From contig JAYPJF010000002.1 of NCBI GenBank assembly GCA_038128225.1, positions 191,751 through 255,750 of the forward strand: a DNA stretch of 64,000 bases, in the 5' to 3' direction. A program made the translations under genes and the position numbers. The stretch is from a bacterium. Lineage in GTDB: Bacteria > Patescibacteriota > Minisyncoccia > Phycocordibacterales > UBA2100. Numbering within the stretch: the first letter of the stretch is position 1; every line of letters starts with the position of its first letter. This document shows positions 56,104 through 64,000 of the stretch, in pieces. The notes beneath the pieces were generated by a model. That model ran no database searches, was not told the origin of the DNA, and saw only the letters and a list, made by a program, of their open reading frames with translations.

Positions 56104-57975
56104 TTATTCGCCAATGAGTATAAGACGCGGAGCAAGTGTCATATTTGAGGCATCGACCGCTCCTTCTTTTGAGTAATATTCGATGCGACCGTTTTGATTC
56201 TCGTTTGTTTTTCTAATGAGCCACTCCGTGCGCCCATTGAGCACATCCGCGGTCACATCCCACCTAACTTCCCCTGTTTGGTTGTTAGTGTGAGTCACAG
56301 GCGAGGCTGTCGCCGCACCATACGTGCCCCCGTTCCATTGTGGATTACAATTGGCGACTTGATTTTCAATCGCAGTATCGATCGCGCAATTCCAAGTCAC
56401 ACCACTGCCAGTTCCTCGAGTTGCCTGCGCGGGTGGGAGACCTTCACCTTTGCCATTTCCCTCTGCAAATGTGGCAACGAGCGGATGTGCATCAACTGTC
56501 CGGCCAGTTCCCCAGTTGTTTCCATTTTCTGCAATCGTAAGCACAAGCTCTGCGGAGACATTTTCATGCTCTGTGAGAAACGCCGCAACTTCTGAAGCAT
56601 CGAAGCCGACGAGTGCGCGGTTATTGCCATCACTACGCACCATAAGATGCGGATTTGCGCCTTCGTTGCGATTACTCTGCCCAGCGCGCACGAACGCATC
56701 GGCGTTTGTTGTAAGCGTCACGCTTTCAAGCGGATTAAAGATGCGAGCGACAATCTCTCGGGGACTTGTGCCTTGTTGTGACTCCCATGTGGCTACGAAC
56801 ACGCCGTCTTGGAGTTGCGCCACCGGCTGAACAGTTGCACGCTGCGGTCCAGTTGAATACACGTTCATTTGGAAATCTGTGCCGATCTGCTGCCCGTCGA
56901 GATCTAAGAACTGTCCGTACACACCCAAATTACTTCCATCACGCTCATACACGTTCCACGTGAGAAGAATGGTTGAAGGATCATACAAGACCGCGCTGAA
57001 TCGTTCTTTTTGATTCGTCTCATCAGCGGTCACCAGAAATTCCGAGGTAAGCGGTGTGGCATTTTCATCGTAAAGCCGACCATAAACACCATGATCATCC
57101 TGCATGCGCAGGGCGATGAAGTTACCGTTGGGCAACGCGAGAACAAAACTTCGCCCTTCGTCACCACTGGTATTTTGATTCACCTGAAATTGCGTCCCCA
57201 CAAGAGTACCGTCATTTTCCATAAGCTGTCCGTAGACACCACCGGCGCTGCCATCTTCCTGCCACGAATTCCAAACCATTATGATTCTGCCGTTCGTAAG
57301 CTGTGTAATTGTCGGCCCTTCCTTCTGCCCGTTGCCACTCACTAGTATCTCGGTGCCAATCGGCGTGCCGTTTTCCGCATAGATGCGTGCTCGTACATCA
57401 GCCGGACTACCAACAGCTTTGTCGGTCCACGCTGCGATGAAGTTTCCACTCTGAAGAGGCACCACCGTCGAGCCAAATTGGTCATCCTCACTGTTCGTGT
57501 TTACGTGGAATTCTGATCCGACTTTGTTTCCATACTCGTCAAAGAGCTGTGCAAATATGCCGTAATCACTGCTAGTTCCGCCGTACTCTTGACCAATCGA
57601 CTCAGTGAGCACAACAAATCCGCCGTTTGCAAGCGGCGCAACATGCGAAGGAAACTGATCGCCAGAGGTAAATGTATTGATCTGAAATTCAGAACTTATT
57701 GCATTTCCTGCTCGATCGAAAAGTCGCCCATACCCCCCGTAACCGCTACCGTCCTGCCCAAGAGAAGCCCAAATGACGACAAAATCTCCGTTCGCAAGCG
57801 TTGCAACCTTTGGTTCGATTTGGTCGTTGTCGGTAGATGCGTTCACGACAAACTCGGCTCCACCATTTGCCGATTGCGCCTGTGCAATTAATGGAGAGAG
57901 AAACATGACCACCGCGAGTAATGAAAAAACAAAAAACTCTACGCAGAATTTCTGCGCAAAAAGCGAGGTATTCAT
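56104..57975 (-). CDS. Secreted protein with about eight tandem ~55-aa repeats (probable beta-propeller) plus a C-terminal domain
   Basis: Signal peptide and a repeating F.VN..T.GDQ..P.V..L.NG.FVV.W.S...DGS..GVYGQLFD unit. Confidence 0.5.
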   Translation of the reverse strand: MNTSLFAQKFCVEFFVFSLLAVVMFLSPLIAQAQSANGGAEFVVNASTDNDQIEPKVATLANGDFVVIWASLGQDGSGYGGYGRLFDRAGNAISSEFQINTFTSGDQFPSHVAPLANGGFVVLTESIGQEYGGTSSDYGIFAQLFDEYGNKVGSEFHVNTNSEDDQFGSTVVPLQSGNFIAAWTDKAVGSPADVRARIYAENGTPIGTEILVSGNGQKEGPTITQLTNGRIIMVWNSWQEDGSAGGVYGQLMENDGTLVGTQFQVNQNTSGDEGRSFVLALPNGNFIALRMQDDHGVYGRLYDENATPLTSEFLVTADETNQKERFSAVLYDPSTILLTWNVYERDGSNLGVYGQFLDLDGQQIGTDFQMNVYSTGPQRATVQPVAQLQDGVFVATWESQQGTSPREIVARIFNPLESVTLTTNADAFVRAGQSNRNEGANPHLMVRSDGNNRALVGFDASEVAAFLTEHENVSAELVLTIAENGNNWGTGRTVDAHPLVATFAEGNGKGEGLPPAQATRGTGSGVTWNCAIDTAIENQVANCNPQWNGGTYGAATASPVTHTNNQTGEVRWDVTADVLNGRTEWLIRKTNENQNGRIEYYSKEGAVDASNMTLAPRLILIGE

Positions 57976-58158
57976 AAAAATGTGTGCAAACTTATTAAAG
58001 GCGTACCAAACCCTAATAAAGCTGTCTTCAGTGTAGCATGAATTTTGCTGTGTTTTGAAACATAGCGGACAAAGTGGTTGTTGATTCCGGGCATTGTTTT
58101 TTCCTTAATAATATGTAGACTTTGCGCGGACCATAAGGTTCATAGGTAAACGAGAGGA

Positions 58159-58899
58159 TTGAAAATGAAGGAAGGGGTCCCAGCGTTTGCGTGGAGTAAC
58201 TACGCAGAACTTGGTCGCAACTTGTACCCTGGCAGAGGTATCGTGGTAGGCCGCGATGAAACCGGAAAATATTTAATCCAAGTGTATTGGGTTACAGGGC
58301 GAAGCGAAAAAAGCAGAAATCGCATTTTCGACGCGGACTACGATGCGGGGCGTCTTTTCACTGAAGCAGCGGACGCCGCGAAGATGATGGACCCGAGCCT
58401 CGTCATCTACAACGCGATGCGCGAACGGGGGTCTTTTTATATCGTTGGCAATGGAGACCAGACCGACACCGTTGCGGATTCTCCGCACTTACCACACCTG
58501 AACACTGCGCTACAAGGACGCATATACGAGCCGGACTCACCCAACTTTACACAGCGCATTACTGCGGTGTGCGTTCTGCAGGCACGCCCATGCGTTCAAA
58601 TGTCCATCCTGCGGAAATCGGTGATCGGGGAAACGTGCGACCGAATGTTCTATGAGTTCGTACTGAAACCGGGTTGCGGTTATTGCATTATGACCTATGC
58701 GGGTGACGGTGATCCCCTGCCTCCGTTCCGTGCAGAGCCTCTTCTGATGCCGCTTTGCGGCAGTATGATAGATATTGCGAACGCGTACTGGAATGCGCTT
58801 AACGAAAGCAATCGTGTGTCGCTTGCGGTGAAGTTTGTGAAAATCCGCAGCGGGCGATCAACTATTCACATCATCAACAAGTACGAAAAAGTCGGGTAG
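58159..58899 (+). CDS. purO: IMP cyclohydrolase PurO-like (archaeal type)
   Basis: YPGRGIVVGRDETGKYLIQVYWVTGRSEKSRNR...VIYNAMRERGSFYIVGNGDQTDTVADS resembles the PurO family N-terminal pattern as I recall it. Confidence 0.5.
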   Translation: MKMKEGVPAFAWSNYAELGRNLYPGRGIVVGRDETGKYLIQVYWVTGRSEKSRNRIFDADYDAGRLFTEAADAAKMMDPSLVIYNAMRERGSFYIVGNGDQTDTVADSPHLPHLNTALQGRIYEPDSPNFTQRITAVCVLQARPCVQMSILRKSVIGETCDRMFYEFVLKPGCGYCIMTYAGDGDPLPPFRAEPLLMPLCGSMIDIANAYWNALNESNRVSLAVKFVKIRSGRSTIHIINKYEKVG

Positions 58900-59052
58900 A
58901 AGTCTCTGGCACATTGGAAGCCGCAGCGCGCACTGCGGCTTTTTGCTATATTATGTAAGTATCAGTTGGCGTTTTGTGGGTTCATGTGTGCTGCGCGTCC
59001 TTTCGTACTGTACTCTTTGAGAAACTCAAACTATGCTACCATTGCGGACACA

Positions 59053-59646
59053 ATGAAAAACGAAATCGAAGCGACCTTTGTCAACATCGACCACGAGTTT
59101 ATGCGCCAAAAGTTACGAGAATTTGGAGCTCAACTCGTGCGTCCGGAGCGTCTTAACCGGCGCACGATTTTTGACTACGAAGATTTGCGTCTCGATAAGA
59201 AAGCTGCATGGATACGCCTCCGAGACGAAGGTGACTCTGTTACGCTCACCTTTAAGCAAAGAAATGGTGAGACTATTGACGGCATGAAAGAAATAGAGGT
59301 GGTAGTAAGCGACTACGAGAAAACGAAAGCCTTGTTGCTTGCGACAGGCCTATCGGTAAAAGCCGAACAAGAAACTAAGCGCGAACTTTGGGAACATGAG
59401 GGTGTCCAAATCATGCTCGACACCTGGCCATGGCTCAACCCCATCATTGAGATCGAAGGGCAAAGTGAGGAGCATGTGAAAGCATTTTCCGAGCGCCTTG
59501 GTTTCAATTGGAGCGAGGCTGTTTTTGATAGTGCCGATAAACTATATCAACTTGTTTTCGATGTAAGTCGGACAGAAATATCTACCTGCCCAATACTATT
59601 TGGCCCCGTCCCCGTGTGGTTGGAGAAAAAGCGTCGCATCGGGTAA
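59053..59646 (+). CDS. CYTH-like (triphosphate tunnel metalloenzyme / class IV adenylyl cyclase-like) domain protein
   Basis: N-terminal NEIEATF beta-strand with paired Glu and roughly 190 aa. Match is weak. Confidence 0.4.
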   Translation: MKNEIEATFVNIDHEFMRQKLREFGAQLVRPERLNRRTIFDYEDLRLDKKAAWIRLRDEGDSVTLTFKQRNGETIDGMKEIEVVVSDYEKTKALLLATGLSVKAEQETKRELWEHEGVQIMLDTWPWLNPIIEIEGQSEEHVKAFSERLGFNWSEAVFDSADKLYQLVFDVSRTEISTCPILFGPVPVWLEKKRRIG

Positions 59647-59714
59647 GCGAATGTTTTAGCAGTGTACCCGCGCATGTGCTGACGTTTCCGCTGAAAAACG
59701 GTACAATACTGCCA

Positions 59715-60194
59715 ATGCGCACAAAAAATATAATCGAGGCCGCAGTCGCCATTATAGTGTGCGAAGCTGCTGGGATTGCGGGATCGTTCTTTACAGCCCC
59801 CTCCATTCCCACGTGGTACGCCGACCTTATCAAAGGACCGCTCAATCCGCCTTCTTGGATTTTTGCACCCGTATGGACCACGCTCTATGCTCTTATGGGT
59901 ATTGCCGCATACCTTGTATGGAAACAAGGCATGCATCGCCGCGACGTGCAGATCGCTCTCGTTCTTTTCGGCGTGCAACTTGTCCTCAACATGCTCTGGT
60001 CTTACATCTTTTTCGGACTTCGCGCACCAGGACTTGCCTGTGTTGAAGTTGTTTTGTTGTGGATTACAATTGCTGCCACACTGTGGGCGTTTGCGAAAAT
60101 TTCCAAACCCGCTGCGTGGCTCCTCGTACCGTACATCGCATGGGTCAGCTTTGCCGCTTACCTCAACTATACGCTCTGGATACTTAATTCGTGA
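59715..60194 (+). CDS. tspO: TspO/MBR family tryptophan-rich sensory protein
   Basis: TWYADLIKGPLNPPSWIFAPVWTTLYALMGIAAYLVW and five TM helices. Confidence 0.85.
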   Translation: MRTKNIIEAAVAIIVCEAAGIAGSFFTAPSIPTWYADLIKGPLNPPSWIFAPVWTTLYALMGIAAYLVWKQGMHRRDVQIALVLFGVQLVLNMLWSYIFFGLRAPGLACVEVVLLWITIAATLWAFAKISKPAAWLLVPYIAWVSFAAYLNYTLWILNS

Positions 60195-60219
60195 TCGGCC
60201 ACTATTCTAAGTGTCATTT

Positions 60220-60846
60220 CTACGTTCTCGGATCACTTCTCAGCCATTCCCGCGCATCAGTTGTTGTCCGCTCGAATGCGCTTGCAGGTCTGAGAATGCG
60301 TCGATTGACTTTCGGCACCAAGGCGTAGTGCTTCTGCTCATCGAGGGCGTGTGCGATGTAGTGAAGGTTCTTTTCATCAGTGACCCACCCAGAGCCGAAC
60401 TTGCGAAGATCGAGTGGGCGTGAGTAGCTCACAAGCGTCTTAACCCCATTGTTACTCATGTAGTACTCGTGAAAATACGAGAGTGCGAGCTCACGTATAT
60501 TTTTGTAGATCGGATCACGATAGCGAAGTACCGCATGGTTCGTTTTGCTCAGTGCACCCCAGTATCCGCCCACACGAAACAAGGCAACCACGTGATCATC
60601 GTCATACGACTTCGAGGTAAGATCCATGAGAAGCGGCCGTGTGCCATGGATCCACAGCGCGCATGCGGCAAGGAGCGCACCTTCAAGACAGTGCGCCTTG
60701 CCTGTCTTTAACACACGCCTCGGCGACATGTACGTTTGGCCTTTTTTCTCAAAATTAACGGGTATCGTGTCGAGAAAATCTTGAATTTTTTTCGCGGTCG
60801 TTAACCTTCTAAATAACCGCATTTCTGAATCACTAAGCCCAAACAT
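60220..60846 (-). CDS. Hypothetical protein, possibly transglutaminase-like Cys-protease fold
   Basis: GKAHCLEGALLAACAL then a downstream His and Asp. Weak. Confidence 0.3.
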   Translation of the reverse strand: MFGLSDSEMRLFRRLTTAKKIQDFLDTIPVNFEKKGQTYMSPRRVLKTGKAHCLEGALLAACALWIHGTRPLLMDLTSKSYDDDHVVALFRVGGYWGALSKTNHAVLRYRDPIYKNIRELALSYFHEYYMSNNGVKTLVSYSRPLDLRKFGSGWVTDEKNLHYIAHALDEQKHYALVPKVNRRILRPASAFERTTTDAREWLRSDPRT

Positions 60847-60896
60847 CGTCTCAGTATACGCGAAAGTTCAGCACGCCACTTACACCGCGTTGTTCG

Positions 60897-61709
60897 CTAC
60901 TCTTGCCGATATTGTATCTTGTCTTGGTATATCAATGACACGAGTGCAAAACTAAGAACAAGCAATAAAAACCACGAACCGATCTTTTCAGGCGCAACAA
61001 GGTGCCACGTAATAACTTGTGACGGATAGAGCCATATGTGTGCAAATGTGCCGATGTTTTCAGCAACCCAAACACATACCGCGGTTAAAAATGCGGTGAG
61101 TAATAACGGCAACGTGCGCTCTTTTTTATACACGCAAAATCGTGCAGTAGTTTTCCAAAAAATGTAGACTGCGTACACGAAAAGTACGTATCGAATGTCA
61201 TAGAAAAAGTGGTGCGTGAAAAAGTTTACATAGATGAGTGCCGCGATAATCCAGAGGTGGTGCCGTTGAGGAAAATTTTCGTATGAAAGCTTTAAAAAGA
61301 CAAAGGCTCGTGATATATAGCTCCCTACGGCTGAATACAAAAAGCCGGTAAAAAGTGGCACGGTTCCCAACGCAAATATGGTACCAGGTAACTCCGGATA
61401 TATCCACGAACCAATTGTCGGATGCGTTTTAAACAATTCCATACCTGTTGCAAGCGCATGGAAAAGTAAGATTACAAAAAACTCTTTCAAACGCTCCACC
61501 TTAAATACGAGCACGCATACTTGAAAAAGAACCGCTGCAAGAAAGATAAGATCATATCTGCTTATCCACGGAACCGAGAAAAACTCGGTAAGAAGAAACA
61601 CCGCAAGGAGAAACGCCCCGAAGTAACTCGCCCGCGCGTTCGCGATACAAAAGTGCCACAGTTCGATTACCCACGACATCATACGCTTACGTAAGCAATG
61701 GTAGCGCAA
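60897..61709 (-). CDS. Polytopic membrane protein (DUF817-like)
   Basis: About eight TM helices and a His-rich loop. Confidence 0.4.
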   Translation of the reverse strand: MRYHCLRKRMMSWVIELWHFCIANARASYFGAFLLAVFLLTEFFSVPWISRYDLIFLAAVLFQVCVLVFKVERLKEFFVILLFHALATGMELFKTHPTIGSWIYPELPGTIFALGTVPLFTGFLYSAVGSYISRAFVFLKLSYENFPQRHHLWIIAALIYVNFFTHHFFYDIRYVLFVYAVYIFWKTTARFCVYKKERTLPLLLTAFLTAVCVWVAENIGTFAHIWLYPSQVITWHLVAPEKIGSWFLLLVLSFALVSLIYQDKIQYRQE

Positions 61710-62778
61710 CGGAAAATGTTGAACCTTTACCGAAAACGCTTGTAACGGAAATCGTGCCTTTGTGCTGTTTTACTATCTCCTGTGCGACATGCAAACCGAT
61801 CCCTGACCCAGGGGTGGTGTCATCACACATAGCGGTAGGCGCACGATAGTAGCGCTCAAAAATCCTCCGCACATCCTGTTTTTTGATGCCATAGCCAAAA
61901 TCTTGAATCGTGCACGTAAAAGTTGTGTTGCGTTTTTGTAACGTCACGATCACCCGTGTATTTGTGGGTGAGTATCGCAGCGCGTTCGAAATGAGGTTTG
62001 TAAACACTTGTGCAATCCGTACCTCATTGCCATGCATAAAGCAGCGTAGACGCGGTTTTTTAAACACAATCGTTCGCGTCGTGAGGTGGCGAATGTCCTT
62101 TACCACCCGGGCGACACAATCACATATCCGAAATACTTTCCAACTCTTGCGCTCAGTATCATCTGACAGACGGGCTAAGTTCAAATTATCAGTGACGAGC
62201 CGATCGAGCCGTCGCACTTGTGCATCAAGATCATACAGTATACGCTCGATCTCTTCGCGTTTTACATTCTCCTGGACGCTCTCTTTTGCAAGCGACAGTT
62301 GCGTGCGAAGTACGGCAAGCGGCGTCTTAAGTTCATGACTGATGGTCCCCATAAATTCATCCTTCTTTTGTTCCAATTTTTTTTGGTGCGTGATATCGAG
62401 CGCAAAACTCACCCCAAGCTTAGGTCGTAGGCGAATCTGTGTTGCGCCTACCAAAACCGGAACTATGTGCCCTTTCTTGTGAATATACGCTTTCTCAAAA
62501 GGCTCAATCGTTTTCCGCTGTTCAAGCGTCCGCAACTTTCGCTGATCTAAAGCTGAATAATCAGCAGGAGTTATCCGTGTCCAGGTGACAACGCCTTTTT
62601 TAAGATCCGTGTGTGTATATCCAATTATTTTTAGAAACGCATCGTTTGCTTCCAAAATTCTTTCATCGAGATCAGTGATGACAATGCCGATCATGTTTGA
62701 TTCAAAGAGCGCCCGAAAGCGTTCCCGGTTTTCGCGGATTATTTCGGAATACTTTTGAGTTGGCCGTTTTCGCGTCAT
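61687..62778 (-). CDS. Sensor histidine kinase (PAS, HisKA, HATPase_c)
   Basis: PAS segment, H-box TISHELKTPL, and N, G1 (DFGYGI) and G2 (GSGIGL) boxes. Confidence 0.85.
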   Translation of the reverse strand: MTRKRPTQKYSEIIRENRERFRALFESNMIGIVITDLDERILEANDAFLKIIGYTHTDLKKGVVTWTRITPADYSALDQRKLRTLEQRKTIEPFEKAYIHKKGHIVPVLVGATQIRLRPKLGVSFALDITHQKKLEQKKDEFMGTISHELKTPLAVLRTQLSLAKESVQENVKREEIERILYDLDAQVRRLDRLVTDNLNLARLSDDTERKSWKVFRICDCVARVVKDIRHLTTRTIVFKKPRLRCFMHGNEVRIAQVFTNLISNALRYSPTNTRVIVTLQKRNTTFTCTIQDFGYGIKKQDVRRIFERYYRAPTAMCDDTTPGSGIGLHVAQEIVKQHKGTISVTSVFGKGSTFSVALPLLT

Positions 62779-62878
62779 GACGATGCCATTTATCATCTTT
62801 GCTGCCACACACAACTACGCACGCATCCTACACACAAAGAATAGCCGCGCCACAAAATTATGGCGCGGTCTATCCACC

Positions 62879-63535
62879 TCATGTTTCCAGACGCCGAAAG
62901 AGCTCCTCCGAACTTATTCGCTGTACGCCGCCAAGTACATCTGCCATGTAGTTTACATTGTACATTAAATAATCTTTGCCATCACCACGCACTGCAAACC
63001 GCACTGCGTGATCCTCTGTTCTCTTTCTCGGAGCATACGGCAACAACTGCGTAATATGACCACACACATCAAGCAGCTTCTCGCGCAGCTCATTGATTTC
63101 TTCCATATAGAGTCGCATGCAGCTGTAGAGAAAATACGCTGACCCGATGTGCATGATGTAGTAGCTCTGCGTTACTAGTGATGCCGGCTTGTAACTTGTA
63201 TGCCCTGGTCGTTGTCGTGCCCGAGCCTCACTTTCGCGCTTCTTCTTCAGTCCACTGAGAATCGTCTGCAGGCTTAAATATACTACCTGCACTTCGAGTT
63301 CTCCGACTCTGATGATTTCTGGCCGGCGCGCACCATCTTGCTCAACATAGGCTATGCACCCATGGAGTCCGTACGTATCTCGATACTGCTTGGAAGCAAG
63401 CATCTCACGGTGAACGATATGTGTTCTTTCTCTCACCCTGTTCCCTGGTGCAAGTACTAGGCAAAAGTGCGACGTGGGATTTTGCTTATGTCGGACATCA
63501 TGCGTTGCTCCGCGACTACCACGCGGCTGATTCAT
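62879..63535 (-). CDS. Hypothetical protein
   Basis: ORF only. Confidence 0.3.
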   Translation of the reverse strand: MNQPRGSRGATHDVRHKQNPTSHFCLVLAPGNRVRERTHIVHREMLASKQYRDTYGLHGCIAYVEQDGARRPEIIRVGELEVQVVYLSLQTILSGLKKKRESEARARQRPGHTSYKPASLVTQSYYIMHIGSAYFLYSCMRLYMEEINELREKLLDVCGHITQLLPYAPRKRTEDHAVRFAVRGDGKDYLMYNVNYMADVLGGVQRISSEELFRRLET

Positions 63536-63728
63536 GTGGACTCTCCTCTCAAAGGCCCTCGCCCTGCGCTAAGAGTGTTCGGTATTTATGTCTGTGTCAA
63601 CATCTGTTGGTGCGCGGTAGAGGTATCCCCACTGTAAACACGACACATATCTCTCAAATAAAAACGTGCTTGCACAGTCCGCGCATACGTGTATTGTGCA
63701 CGCGGCATCAAGACCGATGGAGGAAGAT

Positions 63729-63908
63729 ATGCATATGCGCTCTTGGGTCGTCCTTGGGTTGGCTATCGTTTGTGTCTGCGTGTATCACTACTACGGACAA
63801 GTGCAGTTTGATCGCACGTGTAACGCTGCGGGTGGAAAGCGAATCTGGGATTGGGGCTTTGGAAACGTGTGTGTGAGGCCCGGCTCACCTTTCTATCCGA
63901 CTGAGTAG
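63729..63908 (+). CDS. Hypothetical small secreted or membrane Cys-containing protein
   Basis: GGAGGAAG RBS, a signal-like hydrophobic segment and four Cys. Confidence 0.35.
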   Translation: MHMRSWVVLGLAIVCVCVYHYYGQVQFDRTCNAAGGKRIWDWGFGNVCVRPGSPFYPTE

Positions 63909-64000
63909 CGCATACCTGCACGAGCCGCCAACAAGGCGGCTCGCTTGTTTTCGTCAAAAAACCTTTTTAGCGCCACTGCTGCGCCACGCCCCACTTTATC

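Overview
This 64 kb window is gene-dense bacterial chromosome with moderately high GC and short genes. It carries core housekeeping loci: mnmA, mltG, dnaB-recR, rplU, rmuC, a class I lysyl-tRNA synthetase, greA, a PBP2-mreD-mreC-mreB block, proS, rseP, frr, a holB-like clamp-loader gene, def-fmt and hpf. There are seven tRNA genes, four of them in a tandem minus-strand array, and a cluster of general stress genes at roughly 20-26.5 kb. The clearest accessory signal is a roughly 9 kb AT-rich island at 45.1-54.4 kb. It abuts tRNA-Asn and encodes a large serine recombinase, a RepA-like P-loop ATPase and an 804-aa orphan protein with a zinc ribbon and a C-terminal PD-(D/E)xK-like motif. Downstream of that sit an excisionase-like HTH gene and a complete type II R-M module (C5-methyltransferase, HpaII-like endonuclease, Vsr). 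Iteron-like repeats mark both ends of the cargo segment. The 804-aa protein is my best candidate for an undescribed defence component. Other observations are a Cas4-like Fe-S nuclease overlapping an HD hydrolase gene with no CRISPR array, an ATP-cone-nuclease fusion, a 22-nt duplicate of the tRNA-Pro 3' end, a multi-hairpin intergenic element, an archaeal-type PurO and a second MreB paralog. The mix of a class I LysRS, PurO, a sigma region-4-only protein and many small membrane proteins suggests a Patescibacteria/CPR-like lineage, but that is inference only. All functional calls are motif-level reads of the six-frame translations; no database searches were run.
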